NCBI GenBank assembly: GCA_010015585.1
Contig: ML975160.1
Direction: 5' to 3' (one strand)
DNA: 64,000 nucleotides
Origin: Eremomyces bilateralis CBS 781.70
Lineage: Eukaryota
Part shown: one piece after another, positions 23,044-35,150 of the stretch
Numbering within the stretch: position 1 is the first letter of the stretch
How the letters are laid out: the number at the start of each line of letters is the position of its first letter
Program-made: the position numbers and the translations under genes
The notes under the pieces: generated by a model
The model's database searches: none
What the model was told of the DNA's origin: nothing
The model's input: the letters and a program-made list of their open reading frames with translations, nothing else

Positions 23044-23297
23044 TGGTCTCAATCCTCCGATCCCACACTATGCCCGAGTAAGAGCAGCATCACTCTAGAA
23101 CAGAACCTAGAGGAACAGAGACGTCCAGCAAACTGACCATCTTATCCCCATACCACGGTTATAATAATTTCCTATGTTAGAAGCAGATATAGAAGCTAGA
23201 GGAAGACATAAAAATGGGGACACAAGGCCACAAGGCACCAACGCATGTAATTAGTCAGCCTAGGTAGTTCCCCTCCCCACATGGGCCTCGTAGAGAG
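23044..23297 (+). repeat. Solo copy of the LINE 3' UTR found at 34118-34375 (inverted)
   Basis: Shared blocks: tggtctcaa, tgcccgagta, cagaacctag, aacagagacgtccagcaa, cctatgttag, cagatatagaag, gcatgtaattagtcagcctaggtagttcccc. Confidence 0.85.
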
Positions 23298-23798
23298 CCT
23301 TTTAGGCTTTCCCGCCTCGGGTTTGATTATCCATCTCAACTTCCGTCTCCCGCCCACAACTACCGGTATTACTTCAATTCCTACTCCGTACTTACGATGG
23401 AATCACTTGGGCATACCATATGGAGATATCTCTCGACTATGTCGTAGCACCCTCTACCATGGTCAAACTCTATCGGTCATAAGCACCAATGAATGGGGCA
23501 TGTCGTGAAGTCGGCCAAGGCAACTAGTCTACAGTAGCTCCATGCTACATCTCCGCACACTTTCAGGCCCTCGGATACAACTATAGCTCTCGGCCTTGAT
23601 GGGACCTGATAGATATGGCCCCCCATCAGATGGAGTCTTATTGTTACTCGTAATTCTAAACTTGATCTTGCTTAAGAAGGTCTCTTCTCGCAAGTTTCGT
23701 CAGTTCTCTAATTCAGTCCAGTCTGCTTCCTTCTAACTATTCAGCATCATTCTTTATATATACCTTAAGTCATTATCTAGTTGAGTCAATCGATCACC

Positions 23799-24758
23799 AT
23801 GCCTGGCCGGCTCCAAGGTAAAGTCGCCGTTATCACGGGCAACAGCACCGGCATCGGCCGTGCCACATCCTTGACCTTCCAGCGCGAAGGCGCCACCATC
23901 GTCTGCAGCGATCTGAAAGAAGAGGCCCCAGATGGCAGCTCCACGCGCGCCCTTATCGAACAGGCCGGAGGCAAGGCGATCTTTGTCCCATGCAACGTGA
24001 CCAAGCCCAGCGAGGTCGAAAACCTCATGGACACTGCCATCAAGGAATACGGGAGGATCGACATGTACCTGCTTCTCCCCCGCCTTGCTCGCGCTGCTAG
24101 CTAATGGAGGTGCTTAGTTTGGTCTGCAATGCCGGCATCCATGGGTTCTCGAAGGAGCATGGTCCGGGGCCTATCTGGGAGATCGATCACTCCGCGTGGG
24201 AAGCGTCAATGTCAGTGAACGTATACGGCGTGGTTCACACCCTGAAGTACGCGATCCGCCATATGATCAAGCAAGATCCCGCGGCGGATGGGAAGCGGGG
24301 TCGGATTATCAATTTGGCGAGCATTTACGGGCTGGTGGCCAGCACCGGTGCATGTATGTGACCTCGCTCCCAGAAACGAGGGGTGGCCATGGCCTGACGA
24401 ACTCTAGCTCCTTATATCGCGGCGAAGCATGCCGTCTCCGGCCTAACCAAGGCGACTGCTCTGGAACTTGCGCCTCATAAAATCCACTGCAATGCCGTTT
24501 CCCCAGGATGTGAGACTACCATTCCCTATGTCACATTGCTTGGATTGGGCTAATTCGTAAACAGTTACCGACACTGCGTTTATTGCAGGGCAGAAAGACG
24601 ATATTGCACTCTGGGAGTCAATCAACTCCAAACACCCGCTGGGGGGCATTGGCCAGGCACAGGACATCGCGAATATGATACTGTTTATGGCGTCTGAAGA
24701 AAATACCTGGATGTCTGGCGCAGTTGTCCCTGTTGATGGCGGATATACCGCGCAGTAG
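23799..24758 (+). CDS. Short-chain dehydrogenase/reductase (classical SDR)
   Basis: VITGNSTGIG, GRID, CNAG, IINLASIYG, YIAAKHAVSGLTK, NAVSPG, VPVDGGYTAQ*; three introns. Confidence 0.93.
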
Positions 24759-25024
24759 ACGGTGTATGCCACTACCGAATGTCGATGGCAAGCATCGGCC
24801 TTTCTTCAACATTCAGCTATGGCAGCCTGCTAGAATATAGCGGAACAGTAGGGAATGGGGCAAGGGCACTGCTCCACTCTAAACCTCCACTAGCCAAGAA
24901 AATCATATTTCAACATCATATATTTCAACATCATACTGAAGGGCTTCGAATAGGGGCTGGTTACTAAGCTGACAATGTCCTTAAATGGACCTGATAGCGA
25001 TCTATCTCAGCTACCTTTCTAAGG

Positions 25025-25949
25025 CTAGACATTCCAAGCAAGCCGAGGAAGTCCCTGCGATTTATAGCCGTCCACGTCCGTACTGTTCGACAACTCCTTA
25101 TGCTTCTCCACACTCTCCGCGTACCGTTCTAGCTTCGCCTTCATCAACGCATACGCATCCGTGCCAACGACACAGTGTAGTGGCGGATTTTCCATCATCG
25201 CCAATTCATAGAATGCTTGCACACCCTTGACGGGATCGCCGGCCTGGTACCCCTCCTGCCGACTCATGACCGAATGACCATGGAGATGGTCGTACGCGGG
25301 ATTCTTCGTTTCTGCGAACTCCATGCTACGTCCCGCCCAATCCGTGCGGAACCCACCAGGCTCGATGCAGGTGAACTTGATGCCCCATTCTGGCTTGACT
25401 TCCTGGCTGACCGATTCAGTGAAGCCCTCCACCGCCCATTTCGACGCGTGGTCTCGCACCAGTTAGCGACTCGCTTCGAAACCATCAGGGGTCGCGACAC
25501 ATACAGATGCTGCGCAGCGGCATGCCTATTTGCCCGCCGATCGACGTGATCTGTTGAATCACCCCGCCGGTTTTCAAATCTCGCATCGTCTCCATGGCCT
25601 TCCTTGTCACGGCTATGAGCCCGAAAAAATTCACCTCCATCTGCTGTCGAATCTGCGCATCAGACAGGGCCTCAAACTCGCCCGTCAGCCCGTACCCGGC
25701 GTTGTTGACGACCACGTCAACGCTCCCGAATTTCTTCACCGCCGCGGCGAATGCTGAGTCGATGGATTTGCTGTCGGTGACATCAAGCGGGATTCCTAGG
25801 AGATTGGAATCGTTCGCACCGTCGAAGGTGAGTGTGGATGGCTTGCGGGCAGTGGCGACTACTTTATGGCCGTCTTGGAGGGCGGTCTTGACGTATTCAT
25901 TGCCGAAACCAGTGCTGCAACCCGTTATGAGGAAGACTTTGGGTGCCAT
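25025..25949 (-). CDS. Short-chain dehydrogenase/reductase
   Basis: MAPKVFLITGCSTGFG, VDVVVNNAGYG, EVNFFG; intron 25504-25453 gives SIYHASKWAVEGFTES; IEPGGFRTDW. Confidence 0.92.
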
Positions 25950-26317
25950 ATTCAAGACTCGAGATGCAGAGCTGGTGAAAGTGCGTAGACTTTGCGTGGA
26001 ATTAATAATGAGATGAGGTAGGTGCTTAACTTCCATCTTCGAGGTCCTAAGCAGCACGGCTGAACAGCAATTAAAAGCGCGACATACTTCGTCGCTTTAT
26101 ATATATCAACGTGTTGAGTCATCAGCGCTGAAGTGTGTCAGCAGGCGAAGCGCATGAGGTTAAATTTGGATTCAAGTGAAGTCATCAACATGAAAACTGC
26201 AGCAATTTCTGTAATGATGAATAATATCCAACTACTGCTAGAAAATCCTAGGATTATAATAATCCATTTGGTCAGGATTGGTGGAAGGCACTGCAGGAAC
26301 TGGCCGATAAGGCTGTA

Positions 26318-27072
26318 TCCGTGCCCCATGACCGCCCCACAACCTCCGGTTGTGGGGCGGTCCGCCAAAACGCCTTCAAATTGCGTACGATTCGACACGC
26401 TTTTAAAGAGAGGGGTCTTTGGCCATGGGATCCTGAGCAGATTTTACCAACCCTTCGGCAACAGGTTGACCAAGAGGCAGAGGAGCTTCAGATATTCAAT
26501 GGCACGCCACCAACGTCAAGTATTACGGCAACACCGAGAGCATCTCCACCAAATACCATACGTACGGTACGCCGGACACAACAGAAGATCATAAATACGC
26601 CTGAGGCCCAACTTTCTAGCCGGAAATACCAACGTCGCGTTCGCCAAGCTACGGAGTCATTGATCAAGGCGGTCGAAGAGATCGAGGCGTATAAAGCATC
26701 CGTTTCAGCCACACAACGCCAGCAAACCAAAAAGAGTCGCCGCCAGGTTAAAACAGGACTTAGCCAGACCGGTGCTTTGTACGTTAGTGAGGCGAACCGC
26801 CATATCGAGGCGCGTGGTCAGAAGGAGCGGGAGGCGGTAATTAGGAAGGCACAGCGGGACTGGCAGCGGGAAAACCAACAGGAAAATCAGCAGGAACCAT
26901 CTCCTATACCCGAACAACCTACTAGTACGGAGGATCTCGGTTTTTATATCGATTTACATCCTGAGTTCTGATATATAGATGATGGTAGTAAAATTGTACT
27001 TTTGGCCTGGGTTGTGCTTTTGGTCTGGGAGCACCCACAACCTCCGGTTGTGGGGCGGTCATGGGGCACGGA
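26318..27072 (+). mobile_element. Non-autonomous pogo/Fot1-type DNA transposon (internal deletion derivative), 755 bp
   Basis: Perfect 27-bp TIR TCCGTGCCCCATGACCGCCCCACAACC, flanked by TA on both sides (26316-17, 27073-74). The interior encodes a transposase C-terminal part (RQNAFKLRTIRHAFKERGLWPWDP, SPPNT, KKSRRQV, GAL). Confidence 0.92.
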
Positions 27073-27817
27073 TAGGAGGCTTCGGCCTTGAATTGCTCCG
27101 TACCGCAAGTACGTACAGTACCTACAAGGCTACATAGTACTTATCTACCAGGCATCACGCTCCATAGTACAAGCCAGTGATAGAATAACTTAAACGAGGA
27201 ATATTCCCTTAGGTTACCTTTCGGTTTGCGACGATCTTTGACTTTACTGGATTTCATAGCTTCGGTTTTCTTGTCATCATGTACTCTACCTATGGTGGTC
27301 TTTGCTTCAGTCTCTCGATTCTCATCTACATTCCCTCTCGCCGATCACTTGAACATTTTCTAAAGCAAGGTTTTCAATGAACTCCATCATGAAACGTATC
27401 ATATCGGTCAGGGGCTTTGCATTTTCAGGTTAGTACAGTCCTGAAGCCTGGCTCCGCCAGCAGAGTCACTCCATGCGCCACAAAGAATCTAGAGGGGCTC
27501 TATGGCGTGTATACCTACCTACTACTTAATACTTCGTGGTCGAATCCATTTTGGCGATAGCATGAATCTCAGCTCGCTATCCCCCGCCGACGCCACAGAG
27601 CACCCCACCAATGGCCAACTCCCGAATCGATGGAGGTCGACCTCTGCCAAAAGAAGGTAATCTGATTGGACTCAGAACAGTTATACAGAGTCCTGGTGTT
27701 GGAGTCTAGATGTAGCTTAAGATATATCTGTTTCTCGTCACTCATAAGGCTGAGTGAACCCACTTCAAAATGATGTCTCGAGGAATTTTCACTGAACCAC
27801 GGATCACCCCCTAAAAT

Positions 27818-29239
27818 ATGGCAGCATCAACTCGACCTCCAACAACGTAGACGCGAACAAGCGTACTTCCATTGACAACTGTCTTTGCTCCTCCGACACA
27901 ATGCTTCGGAGACGTCTCCTTGCAATCGAATTATGCGTTGTCGATTCGCCTTGCTTTTTACGGAGACTGCTCCCGTTCGTCCTGCTGGCTTGGTCTCGCA
28001 AGTTCTTCATCATGTATGCCGTCAGGCTGGGGACCTTCGGTTACCTATTCACCTAGACGATGTCTACTGGGATACACTATTGTCTTCTCGTCTCCAGTTA
28101 ACCTAGGCCCAAGAACAACTGAGACGGTGGGAACCTGCTGTCCAAGGTTCGAGCACCTTAGATCTGCTAGGTGAGACTGTCAACTAATAACAGCTTCCAG
28201 CGGATTCATATTGTACAACCGCCGCACCTCAGCGGATATACAAGAGCGCCGTATTGCGAATTTCTTTAGCCTCAATTTCAATGCTACAGCTCATTTAACA
28301 CGAGGGGAGGTATTCGTAACAATAGCATATCCGTCGTCACACTTCTCGTCCTATGCGATGCACGCAAACAGCATCGAGATACGATGGCAATGCACTGATC
28401 CAGACCCAATGTTACCACCGACAGATCAGCCCTCAAACACGACTACTCCATTTACCAGGAAGGGGATAAGTCCAGGGACTGTAGCCGGCACCAGTATCAC
28501 CGTGGTGGCGGTAGTGACTGGCCTAGCTGTCGGATTGTTCCTCTGGATCCGAAGACGAAGACGGACCGAGGGAGGTCACATCGAACAACCCCACCAGCAT
28601 GAGTTTGCCAAGCCAGAGTTGGATACACGGAGTCCCCCTATGGGCAGAAACGCCTATACTGTCTCGAAAGCAGCGACAGCAGACATTGGGGAACTCCATG
28701 GCAGCCCCGTACCGATATCACCGACTAACACAACGCCCGTGTCTGGTACGACCACTGTCAGATATTTCAAATGGGACGCAGATAAAAGTGCCGAGCTCCC
28801 ATCACCTACAAAACCAGCAGAAGTTCATGGGGAGGGAATCCAGGAGCTTCAGGGGCAAACTGTCAGCCATATGGATACGAATGATCATAATATTTCGGTT
28901 TCGCCAATTGGAAATTCAAGATCAGGACAGTTGAAACGGAAACCAGTACGACAGTCTCAAACCGAACCTTCATACGATCTTGTTCAGAACCTCTGTTCGC
29001 GTTTAGAAGGATTAAGGTTCGGGCAATATGCCGGAAAGGGTTGTCACTACATGTGGATCGAATCCCCAGTTGATGTCAGTATCATAAACCGGGCAAATAC
29101 TGTTTCAATGGCCTTTCAAGTAGCAATGATGATGTCCGTAATCTGTGAGAAAACATGGGCTGGCTCACTGCTCAACTCGGGGTCCGGAACTAACCCGGCG
29201 GCGGAATGCTTCTTGAACACATTCCTCCTGTCGCCGTAA
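27818..29239 (+). pseudogene. Fungal single-pass membrane protein with Cys-rich ectodomain; early in-frame TAG, probable pseudogene
   Basis: MAASTRPPTT*TRTSVLPLTTVFAPPTQC..CMPSGW..YSP..C..GYT..TCCP|SGF (intron 28148-28200); TM GTVAGTSITVVAVVTGLAVGLFLWIRRRRR; tail with repeated EL/EV-x-G motifs. Confidence 0.6.
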
Positions 29240-31271
29240 CGCCGGTGTGATTTACAGGATGTATTTTATTATACACGAGTGGGAAGAGTTGAGGGCTCTG
29301 GACCTGAGGACTGCGACTCAATTATGCCTTGGATAGTCAAACGGGTTTCTGTTCTCGCGCGAAATACCTCATCGAGGGTACTAAGTGCCCATGATCTTAG
29401 AAGATTGCTCGTCCGTTGAAGGCTCAACTCCTTCCAGGTCTGCGGACTGAGATATTGCCCCCCACTGGGCAAATCTTTTCAACTGCATGTAACTCTTTTC
29501 ATGCTACTCGGAGAAGCCTAATCGACGGGCTGCAGTCCCAGAGGTCTATCAGTGGTGGACATGCGCTTGGATCAGACCGTCATTTGGTTACCCCATCTAG
29601 ATGATTTCCAAATTGTAAAGAGAACCTTGGGGGTTAAATTTTGGTATTCTAGTGCTGCATAATGTATATGTACATGATGTCTCTTTTTCCGAAAGTTGGT
29701 TGCCCAGAATATTCTCCGTCTGGCTCTATCCCATCCCACCGAGACCCGCTCCGCCTCTCTTCCGTGCTGATAATGATGTTGACAAGTTTATGATTTCTTT
29801 GTTGCGGAGCATGACGGAAAAGACGCAAGAGATACTTGAGCAACACGGGGTGAAGTTGCGAGTTTTTACCGATAAAGAGCTGAATAAATAGTCAGAACGC
29901 CTCGCGAATGCCGGAGCGATCATGTTCGCTAAAGGATACTCGGAAAACCCGAAGTTCAATTTGGAGTTTATATTCTGTATCCACTCTTTCCAGATGCGGG
30001 ATTTGGCAGGTATGGAGATTATAACCGAAGGTTGGCAGAATGTTCCGATGGAATGTGCTTTCGAGGTGTCGAAAGCAATAATTATGGAAGCGCCAGATTT
30101 GATCCTGGCGGTCAAAGTCATCGTTGGGTTGCCTATCTGAATTCCTGTCTATACATCTTGACCCTTGGGGTTTTGAATAAGGAGATAGGAATGCCCATAG
30201 TGGACGAGTGCAAGGCAAGAACGGTCACAAAATCCTCCCAGATGTAAAGGCGAGCTAGAAACAGGGTCAGTAAAAAGAATATCTCGTTTTACGAAAAGTT
30301 TTTCGGTGCCACATTCAATTTGTCGCTCACCGAGCCCTCTTTTGACTCCGGATCCGTAAACCTCAACTTTGCCACTTCAATGTCCCTGTATTGCCATTCC
30401 AAAAATGCAACTGCAGCCTCCCCGAATTTTCCTCCGTTGGTCGCACTCTAGGTCCCCTTGCGGCCGGTATCCAAACTTGCCCACATGGCAGGGTGTCCTG
30501 GAGCCAGAGTATCATGATCCGCTTGTGACTGTGCCCGAGAATCTGTCAATGAGTGTGCCAAACACGCAAATGAGAACACAACTTCACACCTGGCTCCCAG
30601 TAGCGGGTTGAATACGTTTCCTGCCCCACAAATCGGTCCGGCGGCATCGATCTTCCGCGTATCAATATTCACATATTTGCTTGCGCCTCCTTTTTCAACC
30701 AGTCCAGCGCCTCTTTATATTAGCCAAATTTCGACATCTGGCCGCTAAGGGTTCCATTGAGGAACCCACCGCCAAGATCACTGGTGTTGCCTCTCGAAGT
30801 ACGATTGACTGAAGAAGGTGGGCCGTTCGCAATGATCAAGGTACCCTTTACTGGCGTCATGGCACCACCGTTCCCCTATGCAATAATAGGCATGATCACA
30901 CACTCCGGAGTCCGGGGGGAGATGGGCACACAGACTGTGTGATTTGGGATAGTTGGATCATCGAAATGCTTCGCTTGGTAGGGACCCGAGCGACCAGTCG
31001 TTTGGGAGAGGCCTTTGCGTTTGGGGGCCTCGGAACCAGTGGATGAAAGGTTAGTGAATATGTCCGTATTGTCCTGTTCCTATTCGAGAATAAATGAGCG
31101 GCCATGCTGTATAGCGAAGCAAGATGTGATTGGCCTAAATCAGTGTGTAGGGCTAAGACGGTAAGTAATATATCCGGAAGCGATAAAACTCGGGAAGAGT
31201 ACTTCACAAGGCCTACATCAAGATTCATAGCCCTCCAATAAACATTAGACTTATTATTTCTAGCGAACTTG

Positions 31272-33297
31272 TCACCGATGAATACTCCCAGCCCGCTGCC
31301 TCATACTTCCGCGACTTTTTTCGGAATATTTGTGCTCAAGGCCATAATCTTCCGATTTCCTGCCTGCAAGTAGCTTCGGTTCGCCGCCAAGAGAAGCCAA
31401 GACGGCTTCGTTGTTGGCAGTCAAGTCATCCATGATCTCGAGTTCGTGTTGTGTAAAGAGCTTAGGCATGATACGGGTACGGATAGGGATGAGTGCGGTG
31501 ATGATCACAGGGAAACCTAATGTCTGTTAGTGACATGCGTATCAAAATCAGGAAGGGAGGATGGGGGTACCGATTGCGGCAACTGTCTGTGATATAGCAA
31601 CAGAACAAGCGACGCCAAATATCTGGATGCCGATATAGAGACAGATCTTCGTCTTCGGCACTTGAAGTAGTGGATGATTCCTCTGGATGAATCGACCCTC
31701 TTTCATGAGAAATAAGAGCTTCTCGACTATCCCATTGGTCTCAATAGAACCCCAACCGACAACAAAGAACACGCCAGAGAATACAGCCACTGGCATCGTA
31801 TGCAGCACTCTGAGCAATGGTCCTGTCATGGTCCCAATGAGCGCAAGTGCCATGATGAAGTGAGATATTCTCTGCTCCACGACTGTAACGGCTTTGACAG
31901 CAGAGCGGCGAATCTCGGGGTTTTCGCTTTCAGAAGCTGAGAAGACCTCCACGACGGTTTTATAGTTGGTGAGAGAATCCGTATGCACCGGAGCTTGTGG
32001 CACAAGGCCATTTGGCATAGGCAGGCCCAAGATACCCGAGATGAAGGTCGTCACACCAAGCAGGAAGAAATCCCAATGGAAGCCTCCGGGCTTTTTCAGG
32101 GGGAAGTTTCGTGCCTGTGCGGTCAGGCTACTGACGTTCTAGAGGCCAGTCAGCGTTCTAAGATATGCAGAGAGAGCTATTAGATGCACTCACATGATCG
32201 TAATAGAAAAGCAGCGTCAAGAGAAATGCAAAGGGCAAAGCTACGAACACCCATTTGACTGGGAGGTTCCAGAAGTCGATTACCCAGTTCCGAGGCTGAG
32301 TGGGATGGAAAGTTCGGGTTATTGGTACCCATGCTACATCTGTGTCTTTCAGCTCGCCTGGAATATGAGCAAAACCGACCCAGAAAAGTGTCGCAATCTA
32401 GATACTGTCAGTATACCGTGATATTCCGTTTAGTAAGTCAGAACATACTGGAAACGCGTAGTCTGCAAACAAGCCGCGAACGAATGCATTCCATACCGTG
32501 CCGGCCCCTAGCTTTTCAAGGAAGTATACAGAGCCGAAGTACAATATGGCAATCAAGCAGCTGAGAAACCCTGCTGACCTAGATGACTCCGGATCTCGGA
32601 ATTGATATACTAATTCCTCTACCCCCTTAACTATAAATTTGGTCAATATTTAAACACCCATGCCATTAGGTTTGGGCTTACTCATGTAAATGATACCGAC
32701 GTACAGCCCGAAAGAATCGCTGGAGAAATCGGTGACATATCGCATATAGTCGCACCAATTCCAAAGAGCTGTGAGCCAATGGAGAATTGCTGCCCAAATG
32801 CCGACCCAGGCCATGAACTGCGGATACCACTCTGGTGCATGCATTTGGATGATATCGAATGTTGTATAGTTGAACAACGAAATCAAACCAGTGATCCCAA
32901 CGATGGTGAGAGGTTGCGCAGCGAAGATGCTGAACACCACAGCTGCGAGCGCAGACGCAAACAGGGCTTCGTTGATTCCGTAGAACTCTCCCGTGCGTCG
33001 GTACATGTCCAACTGATATGCAACGGCGGGTAACAGATTGACGAAATAGATTCGGATGATACTGGCGACGGTTCGATATGTCCATGCATCTCGAATATCG
33101 GACCAGTAGAATGGGAACCGTCGTTTGATGTCATGGTACATTCCCCATCCGGGTCGCAGCATACGGTAGCGACGCCATCCTCTCGCCCCTTTGTATGTGT
33201 ATCCTTCGTCTGGATGCGAAGCGACATGGATGGATCGTTTCTTCTTTAAAAGCGCTCCATCGTGAACTCGAATATTACCGAATTCTTGACCGGCCAT
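31272..33297 (-). CDS. BOR1: Boron efflux transporter / SLC4 HCO3- transporter family
   Basis: DIKRRFPFYWSDI, QPLTIVGITG, FPLKKPGGFHWDFFLLG, PNGLVPQAPVHT, VVEQRISH, SQTVAAIG|FPV; several introns. Confidence 0.95.
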
Positions 33298-33629
33298 GTT
33301 TGGTGAGAAATCGGTCTAGGGAGAGATATTAGGGGACAAGCATGAAGCGAAAGACTTTCAGAGTGCAAAACTTGTTTTCAATTGACAGTATCGAGAGTAT
33401 TATTGCGACATCAGTCCAAGAACATGACAGAATGAATGAAGGCTACAGAATTAGGATTGATAATCAAGATAGGTCTTCCAAATTGCCCAATGGTGGTGAT
33501 GATGTTTGGGATGATATGGAAGGGATCGTGACGTCAATTTAGGGTCGTATGGATACCACAAACCTCACGTTCTTCATCAGACACCAACTGTCCCATTTCA
33601 ACGATCAACATTCAAGATAATTCTATCAA

Positions 33630-34004
33630 ATGGAGAATTTCGGAGCAGATATTTGTGCCAATCGACAGCCAAACGGACACTTATCCCGTACTGCAAGAGC
33701 TACGATATTGGAGGCCGCGGGAAATGGGAAATCGAACTCGGATATTGCGAAAGAATTCCAGATCGGTCGAAGCACTGTGGTTGCAACGGTTCAACGATGG
33801 AATCGGAAGCGCACACTCGATGATTTGCCTGGGCGGGGCCGCGACCATAAAATATCACCTGCCGACGAACGCTACATTGTGAAAACTCTACGGAAATCCC
33901 CGAATATGGAGTTCTCCAAGCTTCTCGACGGTATTCCCGACTCCCGTGTTTCTAAGAGGACTTTAAACCGAGTTATGAAGAGACACAATATTAAGAGAGT
34001 ATAG
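33630..34004 (+). mobile_element. Tc1/mariner transposase N-terminal (double HTH) fragment, no DDE domain
   Basis: LSRTARATI..GKSNSDIAKEFQIGRSTV..PGRGRDHKISPADERYIV..VSKRTLNRVM; the GRxxK linker between two HTHs is typical of Tc1-type transposases. Confidence 0.75.
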
Positions 34005-34080
34005 AGAACTGGGATTGACATCTAGAAATCTGCGACTAAGTTAGGCCGTGTTAGATTTCACGATAGAAAAACACGAAGTC

Positions 34081-35150
34081 GATTGGTTGATTGATTTATT
34101 CACATGTCCGTCAGACCTCTCTGCGAGGTCCATGTGGGGAACTACCTAGGCTGACTAATTACATGCATTGGCAGCATTGCTGCCTTGCGGCCGTGTGCCC
34201 CCATTTTTCTATCTTCGTTCATCTGACTTCTATATCTGTCTAACATAGGGAAATTTTATGTGTGCCAAGGGAATAAAATGGTCGGCTTGCTGGACGTCTC
34301 TGTTCTTCTAGGTTCTGATCTAGAGTAACGCTGCTCATACTCGGGCACAGTGTCGGATCGGGGAGTTGAGACCAAATAGTTAGTAGAAGGGGAGCTGTGG
34401 GAGGGGAGGTGTATGGTAGGGGGATCACGTTCCTGGGTCTGGTCTTCCGGTGTCCTGGATGAAATGTAGCGTTGCTGTAACTGCCTCCATATTCGAGGAC
34501 TAGCGCTTGATCGGGCCGTCTTTGATTCTGATTCGTATGCTCCAAGGAGGAAGGCCAGGTCTCTGGCTCGGGCCCAGCCGTTGTCTTCAGTTGCTGCATC
34601 TATTCTTCTCATTTCATGAATTCCAGTATCAAGTGGTGGACGCTCTTTGTTGCTCCGCATTCACAGTCGCTGCTTTCGGCTTTCGCGATCTCATGGAGGT
34701 ACCTATTAAGGCGGCTGTATCCTGATCTGACTTGCACTAGTAGAGCTGCTTGGTCTCTCGATAGCTTATCATAAAGCTTTCTTGTGTCTGCTCCGTAGTG
34801 CTTTGTCGAGCTCCTTCGCGTAGAGTCAGGGATTTTAGGCTAGGAAGGCCTTTCTCTTTGCTTCTAGATGGCTCCTTCCTTGCTTGATCGCGTGTCTCAG
34901 TACCATGGTGTGTTCTTCTGGTCTAGATCCGGTGGCAGTAGCAGATTGGGTGAGGGCGTTCTGAGTGCTCCTTGACGTTGATGAGGTACCATATATCACG
35001 ACTGCCTGATTGCAGTCCGGTGCACGTGTGGTCAAGCCAATCGTAATGCCACACTGTAGTAGCCCTGTGCCAAGACCCCAAGCAACGGATCGATGCTTTC
35101 CCCGCAATGAAATCCACAACGGAACCGTAGATCTATCCACTTCCTGACAA
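34081..35150 (-). mobile_element. 5'-truncated, decayed Tad1-like LINE (ORF2 C-terminus, 3' UTR and tail); 5' limit approximate
   Basis: Minus strand: ELDKAL..TRKLYDKLSRDQAALLVQVRSGYSRLNRYLHEIAKAESSDCECGATKSVHHLILE..RDLAFLLG..AVTATLHFIQDTGR, with stops and frameshifts. Ends AATAAATCAATCAACCAATC. Confidence 0.85.

Noticed and set aside
26318..27072. Palindromic repeat pair resembling CRISPR repeats
   Set aside because: Only two copies 700 bp apart, explained as transposon ends with TA duplication in a fungal genome.
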